A stretch of DNA of 64,000 nucleotides from Candidatus Magasanikiibacteriota bacterium (GTDB taxonomy: Bacteria; Patescibacteriota; Patescibacteriia; Magasanikbacterales; GWA2-37-8). Positions within the stretch are counted from its first letter, which is position 1. Each line of letters begins with the position of its first letter. The position numbers were made by a program, and so were the translations under genes. The stretch spans positions 211,923-275,922 of the forward strand of contig JACOYB010000004.1 in NCBI GenBank assembly GCA_016182085.1. Direction: 5' to 3'. The notes beneath the pieces were generated by a model. It searched no databases and was not told the origin of the DNA. It saw only the letters and a program-made list of their open reading frames with translations. Shown one piece after another: positions 1 to 7,781 of the stretch.

Positions 1-614
1 GGATAGGGAAGTCCGATAAGTTTTGCGCCCTTATCAAAACATTCTCCGGCTGCGTCATCTATGGTCGCGCCTAGAAGCTTGTATTTACCATGATTTTTCA
101 TCAAAATAAGTTCCGTGTGCCCGCCGCTGACCACCAAACATAAAGCAGGAAATTGTATCTCCTTTTTGTCATTCTGAGGTTTTGCCGAAGAATCCCTTTT
201 GTACGACCGAGAGGGATCCTTCACATTGTTCAGGATGACATTGTCGAAATTTTTAATCTGTGTAGAATAAATATGTCCTTCAATGTGGTTTGTAGATACG
301 ATTGGCAAATCAGTTATATAAGATAAAGTTCGAGCAGCTTCTACGCCTACCAGTAATCCGGTAATAAGTCCGGGGCCAGAGGTGACGGCGATAGCGTCTG
401 GTTTTGGTTGGTTCTCAAGTACGGCTTCAATAAGCGGTACGATTTTTTCCGCGTGCATGCGGCCGGCAATTTCCGGCACCACGCCGCCATATTTTTTATG
501 AATATCAATTTGCGAAGCGGTTTTTTCGGATAAAACAAAACAACCCTTATCAGAGCAGTCCAGTAGAGCAACCGAAGTGTCATCGCAAGATGATTCAATA
601 CCGAGTATTAACAT
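1..614 (-). CDS. tsaD: tRNA t6A37 threonylcarbamoyltransferase TsaD (3' end outside window)
   Basis: Manual translation from ATG at 614: MLILGIESSCDDTS...GGVVPEIAGRMH...GPGLITGL...NHIEGH...LVVSGGHT...TIDDAAGECFDK. Contains an in-frame palindrome at 167-240. Confidence 0.95.
   Translation of the reverse strand, partial: MLILGIESSCDDTSVALLDCSDKGCFVLSEKTASQIDIHKKYGGVVPEIAGRMHAEKIVPLIEAVLENQPKPDAIAVTSGPGLITGLLVGVEAARTLSYITDLPIVSTNHIEGHIYSTQIKNFDNVILNNVKDPSRSYKRDSSAKPQNDKKEIQFPALCLVVSGGHTELILMKNHGKYKLLGATIDDAAGECFDKGAKLIGLPY
167..240. repeat. TGTCAT...ATGACA palindromic element, in frame in tsaD
   Basis: TGTCATTCTGAG..GAAGAATCCC..GGGATCCTTC..CAGGATGACA; encodes VILNNVKDPSRSYKRDSSAKPQND in TsaD. 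Confidence 0.85.
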
Positions 615-618
615 ATCG

Positions 619-692
619 TGTCAGGGGAGAGATTCGAACTCTCGACCTCAGCGTTATGAATGCTGTGCTCTAACCAACTGAGCTACCCTGAC
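619..692 (-). tRNA. tRNA with CAT anticodon (elongator Met or Ile2)
   Basis: Reverse complement folds as a cloverleaf: GTCAGGG/CCCTGAC acceptor, anticodon loop TTCATAA, T loop GTTCGAATC. No initiator hallmarks; CCA not encoded. Confidence 0.9.
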
Positions 693-864
693 TTTTACTC
701 TACAATTAGAGATAATCATACTAAAAATACTCTTCAAAGTCAACCCTGTTAAATTCTTTTATTTACTTCTTATTTCCCTTATGTATAATACATATAGCCG
801 TGGCAGGTGCCTGTAGTTTACAGGCATAAACTACGTAACGCATGGCTAAAGAAAGCGAGGAGTT

Positions 865-1482
865 ATGCGCGTTCTTTTTATCGCCATAGGATTGGTTCTT
901 AGTTTGGTTGCAGGTTGTGGCCGCTTCTCGTACATGAATTTGCGCGAACCTATCTATCTGGTAACAGAGGATAGCTTCTTCGCAGGTTGTGAGAAAGATT
1001 GGCAGGGCCAGGAACAGTGTCGCGAGTGGCGTCGGGATCAAGTAAAGGCAGGCATTAGTCAGTGGTTCAGGTTTTTCACCAAGAAAACTAGACCCAAGGT
1101 GTACATTGTTGGGTCAACTAGTGAAATTCCAAACGGCATGATTAACCGGCCGATTCGTTTGCGAGTCCAGCCGGGTCTTTGCAAAGACCCTGATCCAGGT
1201 GAAGCGGGCGCTTGTTACAGGCAGAATTATTTTTGGTCGTCGCCAGAGATGGTATTTGATACAGAACAGCAGATCTTGCAAGCTATGGTAGCTCACGAGT
1301 TTGGTCACGCGCTTGGGCTGAACCATTATGAAAGAGCAGGCAAAGATCGCTCTGTTATGTCGGCGGGCGAAGTAGGCGACAATGTGGTCTGGGATGATAT
1401 AGAGCAGGTGTGTAGGGAACATAGGGAATGCCCGGTTTTGGCAGACGCGGAAGAGTACAAGAATGTTGGATTCGTATATTAG
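865..1482 (+). CDS. Putative lipoprotein metzincin (matrixin-like) zinc metalloprotease
   Basis: Lipobox LVAGC; HEFGHALGLNH zinc motif and SVM Met-turn; GAGGAG RBS. Confidence 0.8.
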   Translation: MRVLFIAIGLVLSLVAGCGRFSYMNLREPIYLVTEDSFFAGCEKDWQGQEQCREWRRDQVKAGISQWFRFFTKKTRPKVYIVGSTSEIPNGMINRPIRLRVQPGLCKDPDPGEAGACYRQNYFWSSPEMVFDTEQQILQAMVAHEFGHALGLNHYERAGKDRSVMSAGEVGDNVVWDDIEQVCREHRECPVLADAEEYKNVGFVY

Positions 1483-1640
1483 CCCTTCAAGGACCGTTCG
1501 TTATCTTGGTCTCGCAATCTTCGGAAAGCGAGACTTGTAGTTTTTATCAAATTTTTAAATGGGTATTTTGGGTAACTTATTGACTTTTGCTTTAAAATAT
1601 AGTAGAATATTTTCACGTTTATAAAAATTTAGCTATACAC

Positions 1641-1712
1641 GGCCTCATCGTCTAATGGTTAGGACATTGCCCTTTCAAGGCGAAAATACGGGTTCAATTC
1701 CCGTTGGGGCTA
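1641..1712 (+). tRNA. tRNA-Glu (TTC)
   Basis: GGCCTCA/TGGGGCT acceptor, anticodon loop CTTTCAA, T loop GGTTCAATTCC. Confidence 0.93.
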
Positions 1713-1844
1713 CAAATCGAAACACCTTCATGCAAATGATGGTGTTTTCGTGTAAGGTTACAGGTGTAGTTGTATATGTGGCTACAACTTGTTGCTAGTT
1801 AAGGTATATGTTATTCTTAATTTAAGATTTTTAATCAAAATTTT

Positions 1845-2405
1845 ATGAATATGCGCGAAAGAGGAGGTCGTAGACAGAATGAGGCGCAGATGATTAAGGC
1901 AGAAATGGATAGTGATAATGAGAAGCATAACCCAAGTTGGGAGGAGTTAGAGAAAGAGGATATTTTAACTAAGCAAAAGGCGGAAGAGGAAAAGTTAAAA
2001 ACTAAACAAATAGAAGAGCAAAAGATAGAGCGGGAGAAGTTGTTGATTAAACAATTTGAGCAGTTGATAAAAAAATATCTTCAGCTTGTCCAAAAGTATA
2101 AAGCTACAGGTGAAATAATTGATGATAAGTTAAAAGATGAATTAATCCAGGATAGCCAAAGTATTTATCAGCAACTACTGAAATCGAAAGGACTGTTTGG
2201 TTATAATGGGGATGAATTCCTTTCTCTTCTGGGAAGAGCTTATAAGAACGTGGCAAAGCCAACAGCAGATGAAAAAAATTCCATTCTTTTTGCAAGAAGA
2301 AAAGAATCTTCAACTACAGAAGATGAAAATATTATAATTGGCAGGTATGTTGATGAAGGAATGGATTTGTTCTATGGTGATGTGATAGTAGGCTTACCTC
2401 ATTGA
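1845..2405 (+). CDS. Hypothetical charged/coiled-coil protein (cassette 1)
   Basis: 186-aa ORF, E/K-rich, no recognised motif. Confidence 0.65.
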   Translation: MNMRERGGRRQNEAQMIKAEMDSDNEKHNPSWEELEKEDILTKQKAEEEKLKTKQIEEQKIEREKLLIKQFEQLIKKYLQLVQKYKATGEIIDDKLKDELIQDSQSIYQQLLKSKGLFGYNGDEFLSLLGRAYKNVAKPTADEKNSILFARRKESSTTEDENIIIGRYVDEGMDLFYGDVIVGLPH

Positions 2406-2461
2406 TGCTACGTATTAATAAGCTGGAATGGTTTATTGTGACATTATTAGATAGCTAGAAT

Positions 2462-2492
2462 AAAGTTTGCCAAGTGTCTCGATTAACCCTAC
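2462..2492 (+). repeat. Cassette boundary repeat R1 (consensus)
   Basis: AAAGTTTGCCAAGTGTCTCGATTAACCCTAC. Confidence 0.95.
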
Positions 2493-2495
2493 GGA

Positions 2496-2530
2496 TAAAA
2501 AAGACTCCAAATTTATAGGAGTCTTTTTTA
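2496..2530 (+). terminator. Intrinsic terminator-like hairpin opening cassette 2
   Basis: TAAAAAAGACTCC-loop-GGAGTCTTTTTTA. Confidence 0.7.
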
Positions 2531-2641
2531 TTTTAAAATAAACAATTGACGTGTGTTTCTATGTATGTTTAAATTGCCATAATTCTGGCCAAAAGCCAGG
2601 CAACAGATTTCAACCAAGCGTACATCGAAAGAAGGCTTGTT

Positions 2642-4081
2642 ATGTCGAGCGACACCTCCCGTTTCCGTCACCCGCTTACGACCCGCTACACCTCGGACGC
2701 CATGCAGGCGCTCTTCTCCGAGGACAAGAAGTTCATGACCTGGCACGACATCTGGATCGTGATCGCGCAGATCCAACAGGCCCTCGGGATCCCGATCACC
2801 GATGGGCAGATCGGCGAGATGGTGGCGGCACGTGGTCATATCAACTACCCGCTCGCTGCCCGTCTGGAGAAGGAGAAGAAGCACGACGTGGTGGCACATG
2901 CCGGGGCGTTCGGGGCGGATTGCCCCAATGCGCAGGCGATCATTCATTACGGCGCGACGAGCTGTGAGGTCACGGACAACGCTGACCTCATCATCATGCG
3001 GGAAGCGCTGGATCTGATCTGCGTTTCTATTGCCAAGGTGATCAACCGGCTGAGTCGCTTCGCTGTACAGTACAGCAGCCTGCCAACGTTGGGTTACACC
3101 CACTTCCAGGCTGCACAGCTCACCACCGTGGGCAAGCGTGCCTGCATGTGGCTGCAAGATCTCGTGATGGATCTCGCGGAACTGGAACGGCTTCGTGCCG
3201 GACTTCGTTTCCGGGGCGCCAAGGGTACCACTGGTACCCAGGCGAGCTTTCTCGAGATCTTTGATGGCAATCACAAGAAGGTGGAAGAACTCGAATCCCG
3301 CTTCGCGGCGGCGTTCGGTTTCAATCACATTTTCGCCATCACTGGTCAGACCTACACGCGTAAGCAGGACTCGGTCGTGTTCCATGCGCTCGCCTCGCTG
3401 GGTGCCACCATCCACAAGATGGCGACGGATCTTCGCCTCCTCGCCCACGAGAAGGAGATCGAAGAACCGTTCGACAAGGATCAGGTGGGCTCTAGTGCCA
3501 TGGCCTACAAGCGCAATCCGATGCGCTGCGAGCGTGCCTGCGGCCTGGCCGAACTGCTCATGAAGTACGGTGGTGTCGGCGTTCACATTCACGCTGATCA
3601 GTGGATGGAACGTACGCTAGATGACAGCGCCATTCGACGGATTGCCATCGCCGAAGCGTTCCTCCTCGCCGACGCGATCCTTATGATCATGCAGAACGTC
3701 TGCGAGGGGCTGGTCGTCTACCCCAAGGTCATCGCACGGAATATTCGGGAGGAGCTGCCATTCATGGCCACCGAGAACTTCATCGTCGCCATGGTGAAGA
3801 AGGGTGGCGATCGTGGGAAAGTCCACGAGCGGATTCGTGTCCACAGCCAAGCCGCTGCACGACGAGTGAAGGAAGAAGGGCTCGATAACAATCTCATCGA
3901 TCTCATCCGGGTTGATTCGTACTTCAGCCCAATCCATGACGAGCTCGATGAGCTCATGAATCCGATCACGTTCATCGGCCGCGCGGCGGAGCAGGTGGAT
4001 CAGTTCCTGGAGACCCAAGTGAACCCGGCCCTCAAGCCCTACCATCAATGTCTCGGCGGAGCTGCTCAGCTCAACGTCTGA
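2642..4081 (+). CDS. purB: Adenylosuccinate lyase (cassette 2)
   Basis: HDVVAH, IHYGATS, GYTHFQAAQLTT, GSSAMAYKRNP fumarate-lyase signature; GC-rich codons. Confidence 0.95.
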   Translation: MSSDTSRFRHPLTTRYTSDAMQALFSEDKKFMTWHDIWIVIAQIQQALGIPITDGQIGEMVAARGHINYPLAARLEKEKKHDVVAHAGAFGADCPNAQAIIHYGATSCEVTDNADLIIMREALDLICVSIAKVINRLSRFAVQYSSLPTLGYTHFQAAQLTTVGKRACMWLQDLVMDLAELERLRAGLRFRGAKGTTGTQASFLEIFDGNHKKVEELESRFAAAFGFNHIFAITGQTYTRKQDSVVFHALASLGATIHKMATDLRLLAHEKEIEEPFDKDQVGSSAMAYKRNPMRCERACGLAELLMKYGGVGVHIHADQWMERTLDDSAIRRIAIAEAFLLADAILMIMQNVCEGLVVYPKVIARNIREELPFMATENFIVAMVKKGGDRGKVHERIRVHSQAAARRVKEEGLDNNLIDLIRVDSYFSPIHDELDELMNPITFIGRAAEQVDQFLETQVNPALKPYHQCLGGAAQLNV

Positions 4082-4127
4082 TCTGTTCAACTAGTTCGCT
4101 TCACCTAACCGTGGTGGGGTGATCTTT

Positions 4128-4228
4128 CGAGATCTCCCTACCACAGCTTTGTCTATAAAGTTTATGTATAAAGCTGTGGAGATCTCTTCATAATATTAAA
4201 AAACACTCATCAGAGTGTTTTTTAATAT
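4128..4228 (+). repeat. Double-hairpin 3' block shared with 5438-5539
   Basis: 4161-4228 and 5472-5539 match at 67/68 nt; GAGATCTC..CACAGCT-loop-AGCTGTGGAGATCTC plus AAAAAACACTC/GAGTGTTTTTT hairpin. Confidence 0.9.
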
Positions 4229-4235
4229 ATAGAAT

Positions 4236-4266
4236 AAAGTTTGCCAAGTGTCTCGATTAACCCCAC
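4236..4266 (+). repeat. Cassette boundary repeat R2
   Basis: 1 mismatch to R1 (ends CCAC). Confidence 0.95.
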
Positions 4267-4365
4267 CATTCCAAAACACCATCATGTAAATGATGGTGTT
4301 TTCGTGTAAGATTACAGACGTAACGGGTTTGCTTAAATTTAAGATATTTTCAACTCACCGTGCAC

Positions 4366-4394
4366 TTGACATATATCTAAGATATATGTATAAT
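4366..4394 (+). promoter_or_regulatory. Sigma70 promoter with palindromic operator of the TA operon
   Basis: TTGACA-17-TATAAT; ACATATATCT-A-AGATATATGT palindrome spans the spacer. Confidence 0.8.
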
Positions 4395-4426
4395 ATATAT
4401 AGTTAAATTAACTAATTTATACAGTT

Positions 4427-4702
4427 ATGACTACGCAAGTAATCTTTAAAATCGATAAAGCTCTTAAAAATAAAGCCATGGCCAAGGCTCAGCGTGAGGG
4501 TATAGCCTTTGCTTCTGTTCTTAAGTTGGCCACGAAAGCCTTTGTTAATGGTGATCTGAACCTAGGTCTGGTTGGTAGTGAACAGTTTAATGTCACCAGC
4601 AATAGAGAAATAAAACAGGCTTTAAAAGATATTGCTAAAAATAAGAATCTTTCGTCAGGTTTTTCTTCAGTCAAAGAAGCTAGGAAGTTCTTAAAAGCGT
4701 AA
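4427..4702 (+). CDS. RelB/DinJ-like antitoxin (cassette 3)
   Basis: N-terminal RHH-like MTTQVIFKIDKALKNKA; directly upstream of toxin. Confidence 0.75.
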   Translation: MTTQVIFKIDKALKNKAMAKAQREGIAFASVLKLATKAFVNGDLNLGLVGSEQFNVTSNREIKQALKDIAKNKNLSSGFSSVKEARKFLKA

Positions 4703-4705
4703 TGT

Positions 4706-4960
4706 ATGGAAGTAAAATTCCATAAAAATTTTAAGAAAAGGTTTAAAAAGATTCCTGTAAAAATACAGGAGCAGTTTTACCAACGGTTAGAAGTGTTTTT
4801 AACAGATAAATTTGATAAAACCTTGAATAATCATTCAGTGGGTAAAGCTTTTCCAGATTGTAAAAGCATCAATGTAAGTGGTGACTATCGAGCTATTTTC
4901 CAAGAACAAGGAGATGTGGCTATATTTCTTACCGTCGGCACTCATTCTGAGCTTTATTAA
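4706..4960 (+). CDS. RelE/YafQ-family mRNA interferase toxin (cassette 3)
   Basis: FHKNFKKRFKK...SINVSGDYRAIF...VGTHSELY. Confidence 0.85.
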   Translation: MEVKFHKNFKKRFKKIPVKIQEQFYQRLEVFLTDKFDKTLNNHSVGKAFPDCKSINVSGDYRAIFQEQGDVAIFLTVGTHSELY

Positions 4961-4983
4961 TATTTAATTGGGCGTTTTGTTAA

Positions 4984-5014
4984 AAAGTTTGCCAAGTGTC
5001 TCGATTAACCCTAC
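4984..5014 (+). repeat. Cassette boundary repeat R3
   Basis: Identical to R1. Confidence 0.95.
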
Positions 5015-5125
5015 GGCTTTAGAACATGTAGAACCCATGTCTCTGAACAAAAAAGCAACGCAAATAGCGACTGCCTTTTTGTTTTTTAAACATTAGGGTA
5101 GGGGGATGGGATCGGTATAAGTATA

Positions 5126-5154
5126 TTGACAGACGGGTTAAATAATGGTATAAT
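5126..5154 (+). promoter_or_regulatory. Sigma70 promoter of cassette 4
   Basis: TTGACA-17-TATAAT. Confidence 0.75.
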
Positions 5155-5188
5155 TGCCGGTCTGTTTGACAGACAAAGGAGGTCTGCC

Positions 5189-5398
5189 GTGAAAGAGCGT
5201 AAGCATCGGATCATCATCAAGAACCTCGAGGTTACCAACGAGCTCGTGGCCCAGATGACCAAGGATGACCTCGGTCAGATCGAGCTCATCAGCTGGTCGG
5301 TCGAAGATGCCTTCCATTTCCACAGCAGAGTGGCCAACGGCGGTGACACTCTGTACTCGCAGAGTATCATCATTGTGTTGGTCACGTACAGGGACTAA
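5189..5398 (+). CDS. Small hypothetical protein, 69 aa (cassette 4)
   Basis: GTG start after AAGGAGG; GC-rich codons; the ORF track's TTG start at 5126 is the -35 box. Confidence 0.65.
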   Translation: MKERKHRIIIKNLEVTNELVAQMTKDDLGQIELISWSVEDAFHFHSRVANGGDTLYSQSIIIVLVTYRD

Positions 5399-5546
5399 CG
5401 TAGGTCGCCGCATAAGTAGGTGGAGCAATCATCAGTACGAGATCTCCCATCACAGCTATATTCATAATTATTTTATGTATAAAGCTGTGGAGATCTCTTC
5501 ATAATATTAAAAAACACTCATTAGAGTGTTTTTTAATATCTGGAAA

Positions 5547-5577
5547 AAAGTTTCCCAAGTGTCTCGATTAACCCTAC
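5547..5577 (+). repeat. Cassette boundary repeat R4
   Basis: 1 mismatch to R1. Confidence 0.95.
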
Positions 5578-5622
5578 ACTTTTCAAAATCCGCTAACCAT
5601 AGCGGATTTTGTGTTTATCATG

Positions 5623-5651
5623 TTGACATAGAGTGCAATTTATGCTATATT
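5623..5651 (+). promoter_or_regulatory. Sigma70 promoter of cassette 5
   Basis: TTGACA-17-TATATT with TG extension, after hairpin 5584-5611. Confidence 0.6.
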
Positions 5652-5869
5652 ATTTTGTTCTCCTTCGGAGAGCCTGTCTCTGTGTGGGACAGTCAGGGTA
5701 GCGCATAAAAATTTATAAAACAAAGCTATGAGTAGTAGGCCCCCTGTCTAATTAATTTGGGGCTAAGTAAACGAACTATTTTTGTTTGTAGAGCGTTGCC
5801 AAAACCATCAGAACAACCATCTACCCCCTAAGTTTGAAAACTCTGGGGACTTGCCGAATGAGGTGCGTC

Positions 5870-6178
5870 ATGATGTTTGCTCCATGTTACCTTGCGGACA
5901 AATTCGGTGGTGGATTCAACGCCACCGAGCAGGATCACTGGCTGGTCGTACGCGGCCTGCTCATCATGTGGATCCGGGATGCTAATCCCGAAGGGGATTG
6001 GTACCAGCATCTCTCTCGTGCGGTCAACGAGACGAACCGGGTTCTTCGGTTGCTGGGTGTTCCAGACCCCAAGAAGGCTCTCCGTCCGTCCGCCGAACTG
6101 TTCGGCCACTACCACAACGAGGTGTCCAAGCAGTGGGACTGGCTGTACCAGTTGGCCCCCAACGGCTGGGGTCGCTAA
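5870..6178 (+). CDS. Hypothetical protein, about 102 aa (cassette 5)
   Basis: ATG after GAGGTG, in the frame of ORF 5834-6178; GC-rich codons. Confidence 0.6.
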   Translation: MMFAPCYLADKFGGGFNATEQDHWLVVRGLLIMWIRDANPEGDWYQHLSRAVNETNRVLRLLGVPDPKKALRPSAELFGHYHNEVSKQWDWLYQLAPNGWGR

Positions 6179-6284
6179 AGACGACCGGTGATTGCCCGCA
6201 CCTTAATCTGGCAAGCGACCGAACGAGCGCCTCTCGTTCAATGAACAAAAGCAGTCTTTAAGAAAAGGCTGTTTTTGTTTTAAA

Positions 6285-6315
6285 AAAGTTTGCCACCTGA
6301 CTCGATTAACTCTGC
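6285..6315 (+). repeat. Cassette boundary repeat R5 (degenerate)
   Basis: AAAGTTTGCCACCTGACTCGATTAACTCTGC, 5 mismatches to R1. Confidence 0.85.
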
Positions 6316-6409
6316 GGCCTTAGGACATGTAGAATTCATCTTTCTAAAAAATGTATGATTGAATATTCCGGTAATTTCTGGTATTGTTTCTGTGTAATTA
6401 CCATTACAT

Positions 6410-6706
6410 ATGCAAAAAGATTTTAACTATTATAATAATAAAGTACTCGATTTTTATGATAAGAAAATTTTTCGTGTTCGTTTAAAAGTTACGAAGTATT
6501 TTTTAATGATAGTGGGCCCGTTTAGTTTGCTTTGGGGATTTTTTGATTTTATACAGCTTTTAGGAGATCGGGTTGCTCCCGAACATATTGCAGACAAAGA
6601 GAGTGATGTGATAATTCGGATTGGGACAGGCGCTGTACTCATCTTAATCTGGTTTATTTTTTTTGTTATCCTAGATAAGGATAAGTCTGAGACATACAGA
6701 CAGTAA
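6410..6706 (+). CDS. Small 2-TM membrane protein
   Basis: 98 aa with two hydrophobic segments. Confidence 0.6.
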   Translation: MQKDFNYYNNKVLDFYDKKIFRVRLKVTKYFLMIVGPFSLLWGFFDFIQLLGDRVAPEHIADKESDVIIRIGTGAVLILIWFIFFVILDKDKSETYRQ

Positions 6707-6904
6707 CAGGTGTGAACAAAAAAGCAGCGCAACAAGCGACTGTTCTTTTGTTTTAATCTAACATTAGGGTTCTTTTTATTTATATTTTATAATTATTTTA
6801 TCTGTTCTCTAGGAAAATGGGGATAAGGTTGCATTTATACGGGAGTCTAGCCTGGCGTGGGGCAAAAAGCGTGCTATAATATAGAAAATTTATTTTTATA
6901 CTAT

Positions 6905-7576
6905 ATGACCATTCTGATAATTGAAGATGAAAAAGATATAATAAAATTTTTAAAGCCCGGTTTGGAAGCCGAATGTTTTGCGGTAGATGTGGCCGAAGAC
7001 GGGGAAAAGGGATTGTTGTGCGCTTTATCCAAAGAGTATGATGTGATAATTTTAGATAACAACCTGCCTAAAAAATCAGGCCAGGAAGTTTGCGAGGAAT
7101 TACGGGCAAATAAAAAAACGACCCCCATCATTATGCTGTCGGTTCTTTCGGATGTAGATAAAAAAGTTGAACTGCTCAATACCGGAGCCGATGATTATTT
7201 AACCAAGCCTTTTTCTTTTCAAGAGTTGCTTGCCAGAATTAGAAGCCTTTTGCGCCGTCCCAAAAAAATAGAGGATGAAATTTTACGTATAGATGATTTG
7301 GAGTTAGATTCAAGACGTAATACGGTAAAACGAGGCGGTGAGGAAATTAGTCTGACGCGCAAGCAATTTATGCTCTTGGAGTATTTGATGCGTAATGCGG
7401 GTATGGTGCTGACGCGGGGGATGATTATGGAGCATGTCTGGGAAATGGATGCTGATCCGTTTTCTAACACCATTGAGACTCATATTTTGAGCTTGCGTAA
7501 AAAAATAAAAAATGCAAATAAGCCGCGCGAGTTTATTCAAACGGTGCCAGGCAGAGGGTATAAGCTAGAGGCGTAG
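6905..7576 (+). CDS. OmpR-family response regulator
   Basis: ILIIEDE, DVIILD, GADDYLTKPF, winged-helix TVPGRGY. Confidence 0.93.
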   Translation: MTILIIEDEKDIIKFLKPGLEAECFAVDVAEDGEKGLLCALSKEYDVIILDNNLPKKSGQEVCEELRANKKTTPIIMLSVLSDVDKKVELLNTGADDYLTKPFSFQELLARIRSLLRRPKKIEDEILRIDDLELDSRRNTVKRGGEEISLTRKQFMLLEYLMRNAGMVLTRGMIMEHVWEMDADPFSNTIETHILSLRKKIKNANKPREFIQTVPGRGYKLEA

Positions 7577-7781
7577 AAATCTTCATTAAATTTTATTTTT
7601 ATTTTATCTATACTTTAATTTTTTTTATAAAAAACTTTAGAATAATTTTAAATTTATTTTTCCTTCGTTAGATTATAATAAAGCTTATCTAGTCTGTTCC
7701 TGCTCTGCCGCTCTTTTAAAATTCAAGATGGAGAAGGGGTGACATAGTAGCAGGATGGGATCGTGATAAAGGGAGGACATC

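Larger units (their letters stand above)
1713..6770 (+). mobile_element. tRNA-Glu-anchored array of gene cassettes separated by 31-bp direct repeats
   Basis: Five copies of AAAGTTTGCCAAGTGTCTCGATTAACCCTAC, each after an unrelated ORF or operon; mosaic base composition; no recombinase gene. Confidence 0.7.

Noticed and set aside
347-598. 83-aa ORF from the track
   Set aside because: Alternative frame overlapping tsaD, which was missed because it runs off the window.
2528-4090. Long antisense ORFs (354 aa, 157 aa) over purB
   Set aside because: Shadow frames of a GC-rich coding gene.
2462-6315. CRISPR array interpretation of the 31-bp repeats
   Set aside because: Intervals are about 0.5-1.7 kb and contain whole genes; no cas genes in the window.
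1713-6770. Classical integron or prophage
   Set aside because: No intI or phage genes; repeats lack the RYYYAAC..GTTRRRY palindromic attC structure.
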